From NCBI GenBank assembly GCA_009926705.1, contig RFOJ01000001.1, forward strand, positions 1-27,058: DNA of 27,058 nt, given 5' to 3'. The translations under genes were made by a program, and so were the position numbers. The notes under the pieces are model-generated. The model searched no databases. It saw only the letters and a program-made list of their open reading frames with translations, and was not told the DNA's origin. Positions 15,858-24,967 of this stretch are shown here, piece after piece. This stretch comes from Acidimicrobiia bacterium. GTDB lineage: Bacteria; Actinomycetota; Acidimicrobiia; Acidimicrobiales; Ilumatobacteraceae. Each line of letters starts with the position of its first letter. Within the stretch, counting starts at the first letter, position 1.

Positions 15858-17224
15858 AAGTCGTAGAGCGCGCGTTCAGGATCAACCAGCACGTCGGTGC
15901 GCTCGTCAATCTGCCATGCAGTGCGTTTGCTCTCGGTTGCCTGCCAAGGCGCCTCGCCGGTGCGCGCGAAGGAAAGGAGTGCACCAGCGAGCGCGTCAGC
16001 AATTGGCCGATGCGCTGCCGATTGCCCGATGAACATGTCAACCCCGGGAACCGTGACGTTGTCGAAGACAAACGGAATGTCGAGACCGTGGCAAGCGCCG
16101 AGCACGCCCCCAAACACCGGTGTCGGCCACGTGAAGAAATACGACCACGTAGGAGAACCTGCTCGATCACGTCCGTCGATGACGCGCCACGCCGGAGCAC
16201 GGAACGATTCGTCGCTCTGTAACGCTGCCAGCATTTGGGCCGGGCTCGACCCTGGTCGTAATTCGCTGTACGACTTCCACGCGCGATCGGCGTCGGCACC
16301 GAACCGCTCTGCGAAGTGAACGCGGGCGTCATCTTCGGTGAGGTTCGCTGCCGCGGGGTTCAGCGCCACCCACAGCCGACTCTCATCGCGCAACGTACCG
16401 ATGACCAGCGGGCGCTTGTCACGATGCACGCGCTGATGGGCATCGAGCGGCAAGACGTCGCCACCGATCGTGGGGCTGAACATGGTGACGATGTCTTTCG
16501 GGTCACGCAACGTGCGGCCCTGTGCCGCCACCATGTCGTCGACTCCGGCGTCACGCGCATCTTCGATTGACGCGGCACCTAGTTCTTGTAGCAGCAACTT
16601 CTGCGACTGTTCGGCGCGCTCGACCGTTCGCATTTGGCCGATCGACGGGCTCATGGCCCATGCGCGATGGAACAGCGTCGCAGCTTGCGGAGCCGCCATC
16701 AGTGCGAGCACGCTGCATCCACCTGCCGACTCACCGAAGATGGTCACGTTGTTCGCATCGCCCCCGAAACGTGCGATGTTGTCGCGAACCCACTCGAGCG
16801 CCGTTATCTGGTCGAGTAACCCGTGGTCGCTGCGACCCGTGAAGCCGAACGAGCCCAGTCGGTAATTGATGGCGACCACTACGCAACCGCGCACGGCGAG
16901 GTTCGTGCCGTCGTACCACGCCGCATTCGCGGTGCCGTTGGTAAATGCACCGCCGTGTATCCAAACGAGAACTGGTAACGACGCCTGACTTGAAGACGAA
17001 TTGTCGTCGGAAGCGTTGGTCGGTGTGAAGACGTTGAGGGTGAGACAGTCTTCGACCATCTCCAGTGATCCGGTGCCCATCGCCGTCTCGAGCAGTCCTG
17101 GCACTTGCGGGCACTGCACAGGGGTAGCGCGTACGACGTGTTCAGCCACTCGATTCGGTGGAGCGAAGCGACGAGCAGTCGCATACACGATGTTTCGGTG
17201 GGCAGTGACGCGATCGGCGGACAT
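15845..17224 (-). CDS. Type-B carboxylesterase/lipase
   Basis: EDCLTLNVFTP, WIHGGAF, NYRLGSFGF, FGGDANNVTIFGESAGG (nucleophile Ser), GTLRDE and GACHGLDIPFVF (His). Confidence 0.92.
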   Translation of the reverse strand: MSADRVTAHRNIVYATARRFAPPNRVAEHVVRATPVQCPQVPGLLETAMGTGSLEMVEDCLTLNVFTPTNASDDNSSSSQASLPVLVWIHGGAFTNGTANAAWYDGTNLAVRGCVVVAINYRLGSFGFTGRSDHGLLDQITALEWVRDNIARFGGDANNVTIFGESAGGCSVLALMAAPQAATLFHRAWAMSPSIGQMRTVERAEQSQKLLLQELGAASIEDARDAGVDDMVAAQGRTLRDPKDIVTMFSPTIGGDVLPLDAHQRVHRDKRPLVIGTLRDESRLWVALNPAAANLTEDDARVHFAERFGADADRAWKSYSELRPGSSPAQMLAALQSDESFRAPAWRVIDGRDRAGSPTWSYFFTWPTPVFGGVLGACHGLDIPFVFDNVTVPGVDMFIGQSAAHRPIADALAGALLSFARTGEAPWQATESKRTAWQIDERTDVLVDPERALYDLWNR

Positions 17225-17230
17225 GCCCCG

Positions 17231-17250
17231 AGCGTACCGAGCACTACCGT
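17231..17250. promoter_or_regulatory. Divergent -10 pair: TACGCT (minus, 17231-17236) and TACCGT (plus, 17245-17250)
   Basis: Each lies exactly 6 nt from a start codon (ATG 17224, GTG 17257). Confidence 0.6.
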
Positions 17251-17256
17251 GTTGGC

Positions 17257-17910
17257 GTGTTGCGGAGAGCTCTACAAAGAATGGTCGCCGAGGTCGTTCG
17301 CGACCGATTCGAAGAGTGGCAGTTCTCGGCAGCGATCACTGCCGACACACGCCGTGGTCGCATGTTCAAGTCGTTTGGTCCGGGGTCGCTGATCGCGTTT
17401 CCGTGGGTGACCGTTTACAACGAGCACTACATCGAAATCGGTCGCGACACGATGCTCGGGCCATACATCGCCCTGTCAGCCGGCATGATGCCCGGACAGG
17501 AATGCCTGACGTCGCCGGTGGTTCGCATCGGCGACCGTTGCCTCATCGGAAGGGGGAGCGGCATCGTCGGTCATCTCGCCATCGACATCGGCAACGACGT
17601 GTGGACGGGGCACCACGTGTACATCACCGACCAAAATCACGGATACGAAGACATCAGTCGCCCGATTTCACAACAAACCCAACCCGAGCGACCCGTGGTG
17701 ATCGGTGACGGCTCATGGCTCGGTGCCGGAACTGTGGTGCTGCCAGGTGCACGCATCGGCAAGCACGTGGCTGTCGGAGCGAACTCGGTGGTGACAGGCG
17801 AATTGCCGGACTACTGCGTCGCCGTTGGCGCACCCGCGCGAGTCATCAAGCAACACGACCCAGCAAGCGGCTGGAGACCGGCTGAAGAATTCGGGCGTCA
17901 GCGCAACTGA
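17257..17910 (+). CDS. Left-handed beta-helix (hexapeptide repeat) acyltransferase
   Basis: VRIGDRCLIG, IDIGNDVWTG, VYITDQNHGY, VVIGDGSWLGAGTVVLPGARIG and VAVGAPARVIK. Confidence 0.9.
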   Translation: MLRRALQRMVAEVVRDRFEEWQFSAAITADTRRGRMFKSFGPGSLIAFPWVTVYNEHYIEIGRDTMLGPYIALSAGMMPGQECLTSPVVRIGDRCLIGRGSGIVGHLAIDIGNDVWTGHHVYITDQNHGYEDISRPISQQTQPERPVVIGDGSWLGAGTVVLPGARIGKHVAVGANSVVTGELPDYCVAVGAPARVIKQHDPASGWRPAEEFGRQRN

Positions 17911-17913
17911 ACG

Positions 17914-18426
17914 TCAGACCGACAAATCGATCGGCGGAGCGCAGTTCTTCATTCGGTTGTCACCGGCGAAAGTGGCAATCTTCTCGCTGAGCGGCAGACC
18001 TTCCGTCGTCGTCTCCGAGAACGGTGAATTGTCTCCAGCGCGCAAGCGCTCGGCATAGGCCCGACGATCGGCCACATACGTGTCGTAGTCGGCAATCCAT
18101 AACGGAATCAACGCCTGACCCTTTTCGTCGTTTGGCGGCGTCTCGCGGATGTCTTGCAGCATTCGCTCGATGGTGTCAGTGGCGCGGTCGACGAGCTCGG
18201 CACGACCAGCCAGCGCTTGAGGACCTGCCTCGTCAATCAATCGGTAGTCCGCAAGCGCGAGACGTTCGTTCTTCGCAACGAGACATCGAGCGTCTGCGCG
18301 CTGAGTCCACGCTTCGTCGCCGATCTTGTTGACGGCTTCTTTTGACGCAAAGAAGAGGGCGTACACCCACATTGCCGCGATTGCTGCGCACACAACTGAC
18401 AGAATGAGAGTTCCCGCACGCCGCAT
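17914..18426 (-). CDS. Hypothetical membrane-anchored/secreted protein
   Basis: 170-aa ORF with an N-terminal hydrophobic segment, a helical acidic body and two Cys after the anchor; fills the gap between the flanking genes. Confidence 0.75.
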   Translation of the reverse strand: MRRAGTLILSVVCAAIAAMWVYALFFASKEAVNKIGDEAWTQRADARCLVAKNERLALADYRLIDEAGPQALAGRAELVDRATDTIERMLQDIRETPPNDEKGQALIPLWIADYDTYVADRRAYAERLRAGDNSPFSETTTEGLPLSEKIATFAGDNRMKNCAPPIDLSV

Positions 18427-20188
18427 GATTTCCGAGACGCTACCTACTGACGCGCCGACGAATCGCTTTATTCGCGCAAAGAGCTTGATGCTGGCGATGG
18501 TCAGTTTTCACACTGGCTACTTCTTGATCGCCGTTAGTGGCGCGGCGGTGTTCGCCGTAGCAACGGTGCTCTCGTCGTTCGGCGTGAAAATGCTGATCGA
18601 CGACGTGATCTTGCCGAGTTTCGAGGTCGGCAACGTCGGCTTCGATACCTGGGCCTCGGTGTCGCTCATTGTCGTCGCCATCGGTCTGGTACGTGCGGCA
18701 GGCGTCGTCGTGCGGCGCACGTACGCCGGCAAGGCGAATTCGTCGACCGCCAAGACGATTGCTGACAATGCACTGAGCCATCTGATGCGACAGCCACCGT
18801 CATGGCATCGCTCGCGGATGACCGGCGACATTGCTGCGCGGGCTGGCGTCGACACCGATGCGGCTGCAGCGATTCTTGGCCCAATGCCGTTTGCTTCGTC
18901 GGTCGTGGTGCTGCTCGCAGTATCCGGGGTGTGGTTGGTGCTCACCGACGTGTGGCTTGGACTGTTTGCCTTCCTCGTGTTTCCGATGATGCTGGCGACG
19001 AACATCCTCTACCAACGGCGGGTCGACTACCACTACCAAGTCGCCCAAGACGAACTGGGCGCCCTCAGCGAAGCCGCCCACGAGAGCTTCGACGGTGTGC
19101 TCGTCGTAAAAGCGTTCGGTGCAGAAGAACGCGAGACGGAGCGACTTGCGGTCATCTCGCGTCGCCTGCGCAAAGCGCGCACCAACGCCATCACACTTCG
19201 ATCGACCTTCGAGTCAGTCATCGACGCGGCACCGTCACTCGTCAATGTTGCAATTATCGCTTTCGGCGCCACCCGCGTGCGAGACGGCGCGATGACAGTC
19301 GGAGAACTCTCTGCGTTCGTCTTTCTCTTTACCCTCGTGTCATTGCCGCTACGAATCGTCAGCTACCTGTTCTCCGAACTTCCGCACTCTGCGAGCGGTT
19401 GGGCTCGAGTCAAACAAGTGCTCGACGAGCCACTGATTCCATCACCGCGTGAACACATTCGCCTCTCCAACGATGCGATGGTGGAATTGCGCGACGTGCG
19501 GGCTTCGCATGTCGACGATGTGCTCGCATTGCGCGACATTTCCTTAACGGTTCCACGTGGTCGCACCGTTGCAATCGTCGGGTCAACGGGCTCTGGCAAA
19601 ACCACGCTTCTGCATCTCATCGCCGGCCTGATTGCCGCGCGAAGCGGCACGGTGAGCCTCGGCACCAAACGAGTGGGATTGGTGTTTCAGGAGGCGTTCT
19701 TGTTCGCAGAGAGCCTGCGCTACAACCTGACTCTCGGAGCAGACGTCTCCGAATCACGTATCGCCGATGCGTTGCGAACTGCGAGCGCTGACGGTTTCGT
19801 GAACGAACTCGGCATCGGGCTCGACACCGAGCTCGGCGAACGAGGAGTGAGCCTGAGTGGCGGACAACGTCAGCGTCTCGCTCTGGCCCGGGCTCTCGCC
19901 GTCGGAAGTGAGTTATTGCTGCTCGACGACACGACCTCGGCACTCGACCCGGCGACGGAAGCTGCGGTGCTCAACAACCTTCGCTCGATTGGCAACGAGA
20001 TCACCACGCTCGTGGTCGCCTCGCGACCGTCGACCATCGCACTCGCCGACGAAGTCGTGTTCATGATTGACGGCGCCATTGCCGCCGCAGGCCCGCATGA
20101 TCGCTTGTTGCGCGACAATGCTGACTATCGAACGCTCATCTCTGCGTTCGAACACGATCGCCAGGCACCCCAAGCAGGAAGCCGCTGA
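18425..20188 (+). CDS. ABC exporter TMD+NBD half-transporter (heterodimer subunit 1; degenerate Walker B and switch)
   Basis: Multi-TM N-terminal domain; GSTGSGKTT, VFQEAFLF, LSGGQRQR, LLLLDD and VVASR. Start uncertain (ATG 18425 or ATG 18488). Confidence 0.88.
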   Translation: MISETLPTDAPTNRFIRAKSLMLAMVSFHTGYFLIAVSGAAVFAVATVLSSFGVKMLIDDVILPSFEVGNVGFDTWASVSLIVVAIGLVRAAGVVVRRTYAGKANSSTAKTIADNALSHLMRQPPSWHRSRMTGDIAARAGVDTDAAAAILGPMPFASSVVVLLAVSGVWLVLTDVWLGLFAFLVFPMMLATNILYQRRVDYHYQVAQDELGALSEAAHESFDGVLVVKAFGAEERETERLAVISRRLRKARTNAITLRSTFESVIDAAPSLVNVAIIAFGATRVRDGAMTVGELSAFVFLFTLVSLPLRIVSYLFSELPHSASGWARVKQVLDEPLIPSPREHIRLSNDAMVELRDVRASHVDDVLALRDISLTVPRGRTVAIVGSTGSGKTTLLHLIAGLIAARSGTVSLGTKRVGLVFQEAFLFAESLRYNLTLGADVSESRIADALRTASADGFVNELGIGLDTELGERGVSLSGGQRQRLALARALAVGSELLLLDDTTSALDPATEAAVLNNLRSIGNEITTLVVASRPSTIALADEVVFMIDGAIAAAGPHDRLLRDNADYRTLISAFEHDRQAPQAGSR

Positions 20189-21982
20189 TGCTCACCGACG
20201 ACGTCACACAAGAAGTGCGCCGACGAGGCGCTGTCGACACCATTCGCCAAGGCATGGCGGAGGCTCCGGCGCTCGGCAAGGGCCTTGCCGTCACGTTTGT
20301 ACTCGCCCTGCTTGGGGCGGCTGGACGAGTGACGATTCCAATCGCCATCCAACAGGCGATCGACAAAGGCTTCGTCGACGGAACCGCGACTCGACTTCAT
20401 CGTCAGGCTCTGCGCCGTCTGCGCCGTCGTGGTGCTGTTCGCGGCCTGGTGCCAGCGCACTGCCGTCTACCGACTCGGCACGTCGGCAGAGGAGGGTCTC
20501 TACGGGCTTCGCGTACGACTCTTTGACCACATCCATCGCCTGAGCCTCGCTGACCAGAACGAAGAGCGTCGAGGTGCGCTCGTAGCCAGGGTTACAAGCG
20601 ACATCGAGACGCTGACGATGTTCTTTGCCTGGGGCGGTCTCGCATGGATGCTCGACCTCTCGCTCATGTTCGTGGTCGCTTGTGTGATGATCGCCTACGA
20701 CTGGGTGCTTGCCGTGGTGGCGTTCATGGTGGTCGCGCCGCTCATTATCGTGCTGCGCTTGGTGCAGCGTCGCCTTGTGCGCGCCTACGACCGAGTTCGA
20801 GAGGGCAACGCGACGATGCTCTCATCGGTAAGCGAAACAGTCGCCGGAGTCGAGACGCTGCAGGCCTACGACGCCATCGAGCCCGCGCTCGAACGCGTGC
20901 AGGCGAGTACAAAGCGTCGCGCCAAGGCGTCGATTCGTGCCGGATTTCTCGGCGCCTTGCTCTTCCCCTCGGGCGAAGTGTTCAGCGTGTTCACCGTGGT
21001 CGCCGTCGTCGGCATCGGTGTGTGGCGTGGGGAAGCGGCGGGTCTTACTGCCGGCTCGCTCGTCGGCTTCATGTTCCTCACGTATCGCTTCTTAGAGCCC
21101 ATCGCGGAATTCACCGAGGTGATTGATCAGACTCAAACCGCCGTCGCTGGTCTGCGACGCGTACTGAGCATCCTCGACACTCCCATCGGCCCGCCGCCCG
21201 CGACGAACCCCGTGCCGCTTCCGGCCGGGCGTCTCGGCGTCGCGCTGCACGAAGTGACGTTCGCGTACGCACCTCGCGACGATGAACCCGCAGCGAACGT
21301 GCTCACCGCGCTCACACTCACGATCCCGCCAGGGCAGCACGTGGCGCTCGTCGGCGAATCAGGTGCCGGCAAGACGACCATCGCGCGCCTCGTGGCGCGA
21401 CTCGCCGACCCGACCAAAGGTCGCATCACCATCGGCGCAGTGAATCTGAAGCATGTGGCCAACGACGACTTGCGTAAGCGACTCACGGTCGTGCCGCAGG
21501 AGCCCTTCTTGTTCGCCGACACCATCGCCTACAACCTGCGCTTTGCCAAGCCGGACGCCACCGACGCAGAACTTGCGAATGCGGTGAGATCGCTCGAGCT
21601 GGATGACTGGATCAGCAGCCTTCCCGAAGGCCTGAACACCAAGGTGGGGCAGCGGGGACAATCACTTGCGGCGGGCGAGCGGCAGATGGTCGCCCTCTTG
21701 CGCGCATCGCTCGTGAACCCCGACGTGCTGATCCTCGACGAGGCGACGTCGTCGGTTGACGCGCTCAACGAAGTACGTCTGGCGAGGGCCCTACGCAAGC
21801 TCTCTGCGGGCCGCACGACGATTTCTATCGCTCACCGTTTGTCGACAGCCGCGCGGGCTGACCGTGTGGTGGTGCTCGCTGACGGGCAAGTCGTGGAAGA
21901 TGGGTCGCATGAGACCCTGATGGCCAATGGGGGAGAATACAAACGGATGTACGACGCCTGGCTGACAGCAACGAAAGCATGA
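20188..21982 (+). pseudogene. ABC exporter TMD+NBD half-transporter (heterodimer subunit 2) split by a frameshift near 20380-20388
   Basis: Frame of ATG 20188 reads ...PIAIQQAIDKGFVDGT; the +1 frame continues RLDFIVRLCAVCAVVVLFAAW... to GESGAGKTT, LAAGERQ, LILDEAT and IAHRLST. ATG is coupled to the upstream stop (TGATG). The span of 1795 nt is not a multiple of 3. Could be a sequencing error. Confidence 0.8.
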
Positions 21983-21986
21983 GACT

Positions 21987-22730
21987 GTGAGGTCGTTCGT
22001 CGCAGGCTGCATTGCCGCTTCGACGCTGCTCGTCGGCGCGTGCGCATCGGAGTCGGCTGGCGAGGCCTGTGCACGCGGACCGATCTTTTCCAGCGCACGT
22101 GAGCGTGCCGAACGTGCTGTCGCGGAGCTTGATCGCACCACCACGATCGAACTCGAAGAGTCAGTCACACAAGTGATTGACCAGTTGTTGCTGCTGCGCG
22201 AGGTCTCGCCGAGCAGCCTGCGCGACCCACTTGGTGTGTTGATCGCCGCCTACGGGCAACTGGTGGTCGCCCTCGACGAAGTGGCTTGGAACCCGCAGAC
22301 GGCAGATACTGATCCAGCTGTTTCTGCGGCCCGCGCAGCGTTCGCCGAGACCTCCGTCGCGGAGTCGGTTGACGAGGTATCACAATTCTTCGACGAGCAG
22401 TGCAAGATTGCTCTCGGCGAGAGCAACCCGCTCTTTGCGATCACGGGCACGACGCTTCCGCTGCCAGAGAGCGGTGACGAAGCGAGTCTCGATGCCGCCG
22501 AATCAGACACGGTTGATGACGGCGAACTCACGGCAATCGGCTTCACGGTAGGAGAGTCGTACGGTGTGGCACTCACCGCGCAAGAAGCTTTGTGCGTGGC
22601 GCGCGCATTGGCAGGTTCGCAAGCTGCACGCGATGCAGAACTGGATGACGCCGCTTACTTTGCTGTCATCGTTGAGATTTTCAACACATGCGCGGTCGCG
22701 ACACCTCCGACGACGACACCCTCTGAGTAG
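21987..22730 (+). CDS. Putative lipoprotein, unknown function
   Basis: Signal peptide with lipobox (LLVGA-C), acidic helical mature part with four further Cys; 4 nt after the ABC gene. Confidence 0.75.
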   Translation: MRSFVAGCIAASTLLVGACASESAGEACARGPIFSSARERAERAVAELDRTTTIELEESVTQVIDQLLLLREVSPSSLRDPLGVLIAAYGQLVVALDEVAWNPQTADTDPAVSAARAAFAETSVAESVDEVSQFFDEQCKIALGESNPLFAITGTTLPLPESGDEASLDAAESDTVDDGELTAIGFTVGESYGVALTAQEALCVARALAGSQAARDAELDDAAYFAVIVEIFNTCAVATPPTTTPSE

Positions 22731-22733
22731 CAT
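22728..22733 (+). promoter_or_regulatory. -10 element TAGCAT overlapping the lipoprotein stop codon; leaderless start of the phosphatase gene
   Basis: TANNNT 6 nt upstream of GTG 22740. Confidence 0.5.
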
Positions 22734-22739
22734 CATCGC

Positions 22740-23417
22740 GTGCAATTGACTCTCATCCGTCACGCTGAACCCGAGTGGGTGCGTGACGGCTTCAGTCAAG
22801 ACAATCCGCCGCTCACCTCGCGCGGCCACCGACAAGCCCGACGCTTGGCTGACCGACTCGAAGCCGAGCACTTCGACCATGTCTACGTGTCGCCACTACT
22901 GCGCGCACGTCAAACTGCAGCGCCGATTCTCGATGCGCAACGTCGCGGCGAAGTGATCGAGCCGTGGCTTGAAGAGATCCGCAGCCCCATCTGGCAGGGC
23001 AACCCGGCCGAAAAAGCCGAGGCTGCCTACCGAGAAGAAAAGCGACGACCCGCACTTGAACGATGGCGCGGACTCGAAGGTGGCGAACCGGTCAGCGAGT
23101 TCACCAAGCGCATTCACCGCGGGGCTAACGAGTTTCTCGCCGAGCGCGGCATCTATCGCATCGAGCATGAACTTCCGGTCTGGCACATCGAAGAACCGGG
23201 CGACAAACTTGCGTTCGTCGCCCACGCTGGCACGAACAGCGTGTTCATCTGTCACCTGCTCGGCTTGGCACCGACTCCGTGGGAGTGGGAACGTTTCGTC
23301 ATCGGCCACGCATCAATCAGCCGACTGGAAGCCCTGAAGCTCGGTGATGGCTACACGTTCAGCCTGGTGCGTCTCGCTGACAACTCGCACCTCGAACCAG
23401 CCGACCACACGTACTGA
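22740..23417 (+). CDS. Histidine phosphatase (phosphoglycerate mutase-like) family protein
   Basis: LIRHAE (RHG-like), PPLTSRGHRQA, VSPLLRARQTA and FVAHAG. Confidence 0.9.
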   Translation: MQLTLIRHAEPEWVRDGFSQDNPPLTSRGHRQARRLADRLEAEHFDHVYVSPLLRARQTAAPILDAQRRGEVIEPWLEEIRSPIWQGNPAEKAEAAYREEKRRPALERWRGLEGGEPVSEFTKRIHRGANEFLAERGIYRIEHELPVWHIEEPGDKLAFVAHAGTNSVFICHLLGLAPTPWEWERFVIGHASISRLEALKLGDGYTFSLVRLADNSHLEPADHTY

Positions 23418-23425
23418 ACGCCGCT

Positions 23426-23546
23426 TCGCGGCGAACCAGCTAGACGAAGTGGTTCTCGCATCGCGGCGAACCGGCGGGGCGACGTGGTTCTCACATCGCG
23501 CCGCCCCGCGGTTCGCTCCTCGCCGTTCACGTGGCCACGCGAACGG
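23426..23546. repeat. Palindromic repeat cluster: two tandem 35-nt units plus long GC hairpins between convergent genes
   Basis: Units TCGCGGCGAACC-N11-GTGGTTCTC(G/A)CA at 23426-23460 and 23461-23495, then TCGCG. A 15-bp one-bulge stem 23466-23481/23502-23516 and a second hairpin 23523-23546. Confidence 0.7.
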
Positions 23547-23573
23547 AAGGTCTTGGCCACCTGAGCCGCATCA

Positions 23574-24959
23574 CTACGGCTGCGGGCGCGGCTCCGTGAT
23601 ATGGCAGGCGTTGACTGCTGCGACGACTGGCGTCGGGTCGATGGCCGCACCGCCGCGTGGGTGCACTTCGAAGTGCAGGTGCGGCGTCTCGGTGTTGCCG
23701 GTGGCGCCGATGGTGCCGAGGATTTGGCCGGCTTTCACGACCGTTCCTTCGTTGATGCCTTCGGCGATGGTGTCGAAGTGGGCAAAGAAGAAGTACGTGC
23801 CGTCAGAAGTGGTGAGGCGCACGCCGTTGCCGGTAAGCGACGCGTTGCGGTACACCTTGGTGATCGTGCCGTCGACCACTGCGTACACGAGGTTGCCCTT
23901 CGGGGCGATGATGTCGACACCCTCGTGGCGACGGCTGCCGCGGGCCTCTTGCCAAGTGTTGGTGAACGAGCAGCGTCCCTGCACCGGGAACACCTTGATC
24001 TGGGGGATACCGAGCGACTCAAGCGACGGGATGAGACCGAGCGCCTGCGCAGTGGGGAAGTCGAGGGCCTGCGACGGGTTCAAGCCACGGCTCGACTGAA
24101 AGTTGCCGAGCGCGATTGACGTCGCGACGCCGAACACACCGTCAGCTCCACCCTTCACTTCGACGCCGTTGTTGATGAGCGTCTGCTGCACGAGACGAAC
24201 AGCGTCGCTGCGCTGACCACGCGAAGGCAACGCGTTCGGGTCGAGCTGGGTCGGTGCGACGACCGAAGCAACAGGAGCAGCAACCACCGGCTGCGCGTTC
24301 TGCTGCGCAACCACGACTGGGGCTGCAGGCACTGCCGCGGGCTTAGCAGCGGCGGGCTTGGCAGCCGGAACTACGACTGGGGCAGGAGCGGTGTCGACCA
24401 AACCGAGCGCGAACGCCGTGGCGTGATCGAGCGACTTGGTAACTGGGAGACCCTTGCGACTCTGGAAGGTGGCGAGTGCGACGGTGGTGGCAAGACCAAA
24501 CGAACCGTCAGCACCACCCTTCACCGTGACGCCGTTATTGATGAGTGCCTGCTGGACGCTCCACACGGCTTCGCCCTGGTCGCCAGCTTTGGGAAGCGTG
24601 GTCGGGGTGAGGCGCTGCACGACGATGAGACCAAGGAAGCGAGCTGTGGGCTCGTCCACGATGCCGGTGACACGAAGACCGACGGCCTTCTGCATGTTGC
24701 GCAGGGTCGTCTGGGTGCGTGTCGAGAACTCGCCGTCGACACCGCCCTTCAAGGTGAAGCCGCGGGCGACCATGGCCTGTTGCAGACGAACGACGTCATC
24801 GCTCGAGTCACCGAGCACCGGCAGCACGCTGGTGCCGTTTGAGGTTGAGCCGGCCGACGCTGCGGCAGTGGCTGCGGACACCGTCGGGGCAGGCACCTGG
24901 CTGGTGGCCTGGGCGCCGAGGCTGAGAACGATGGATGTGGCGATTGCGGTGAGAACCAT
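23574..24959 (-). CDS. Secreted M23 family peptidoglycan endopeptidase with three peptidoglycan-binding domains
   Basis: Signal-like N-terminus; three repeats of LP..G....V..(L/V)QQ...G..(L/V)KGG(V/A)DG.F...T...L...Q...GL; Ala/Pro linker; C-terminal RHEGVDI (HxxxD) and HLHFE (HxH); AAGGAG RBS. Confidence 0.92.
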   Translation of the reverse strand: MVLTAIATSIVLSLGAQATSQVPAPTVSAATAAASAGSTSNGTSVLPVLGDSSDDVVRLQQAMVARGFTLKGGVDGEFSTRTQTTLRNMQKAVGLRVTGIVDEPTARFLGLIVVQRLTPTTLPKAGDQGEAVWSVQQALINNGVTVKGGADGSFGLATTVALATFQSRKGLPVTKSLDHATAFALGLVDTAPAPVVVPAAKPAAAKPAAVPAAPVVVAQQNAQPVVAAPVASVVAPTQLDPNALPSRGQRSDAVRLVQQTLINNGVEVKGGADGVFGVATSIALGNFQSSRGLNPSQALDFPTAQALGLIPSLESLGIPQIKVFPVQGRCSFTNTWQEARGSRRHEGVDIIAPKGNLVYAVVDGTITKVYRNASLTGNGVRLTTSDGTYFFFAHFDTIAEGINEGTVVKAGQILGTIGATGNTETPHLHFEVHPRGGAAIDPTPVVAAVNACHITEPRPQP

Positions 24960-24967
24960 TGCTGAAA

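Noticed and set aside
20375-20395. Programmed ribosomal frameshift in the ABC gene
   Set aside because: No slippery heptamer, no in-frame stop at the junction and no obvious stimulatory structure; a simple indel is more economical.
23426-23500. Repeat-variable-repeat pattern as a mini CRISPR array
   Set aside because: Only two units, variable cores of 11 nt, no leader and no cas genes in the window.
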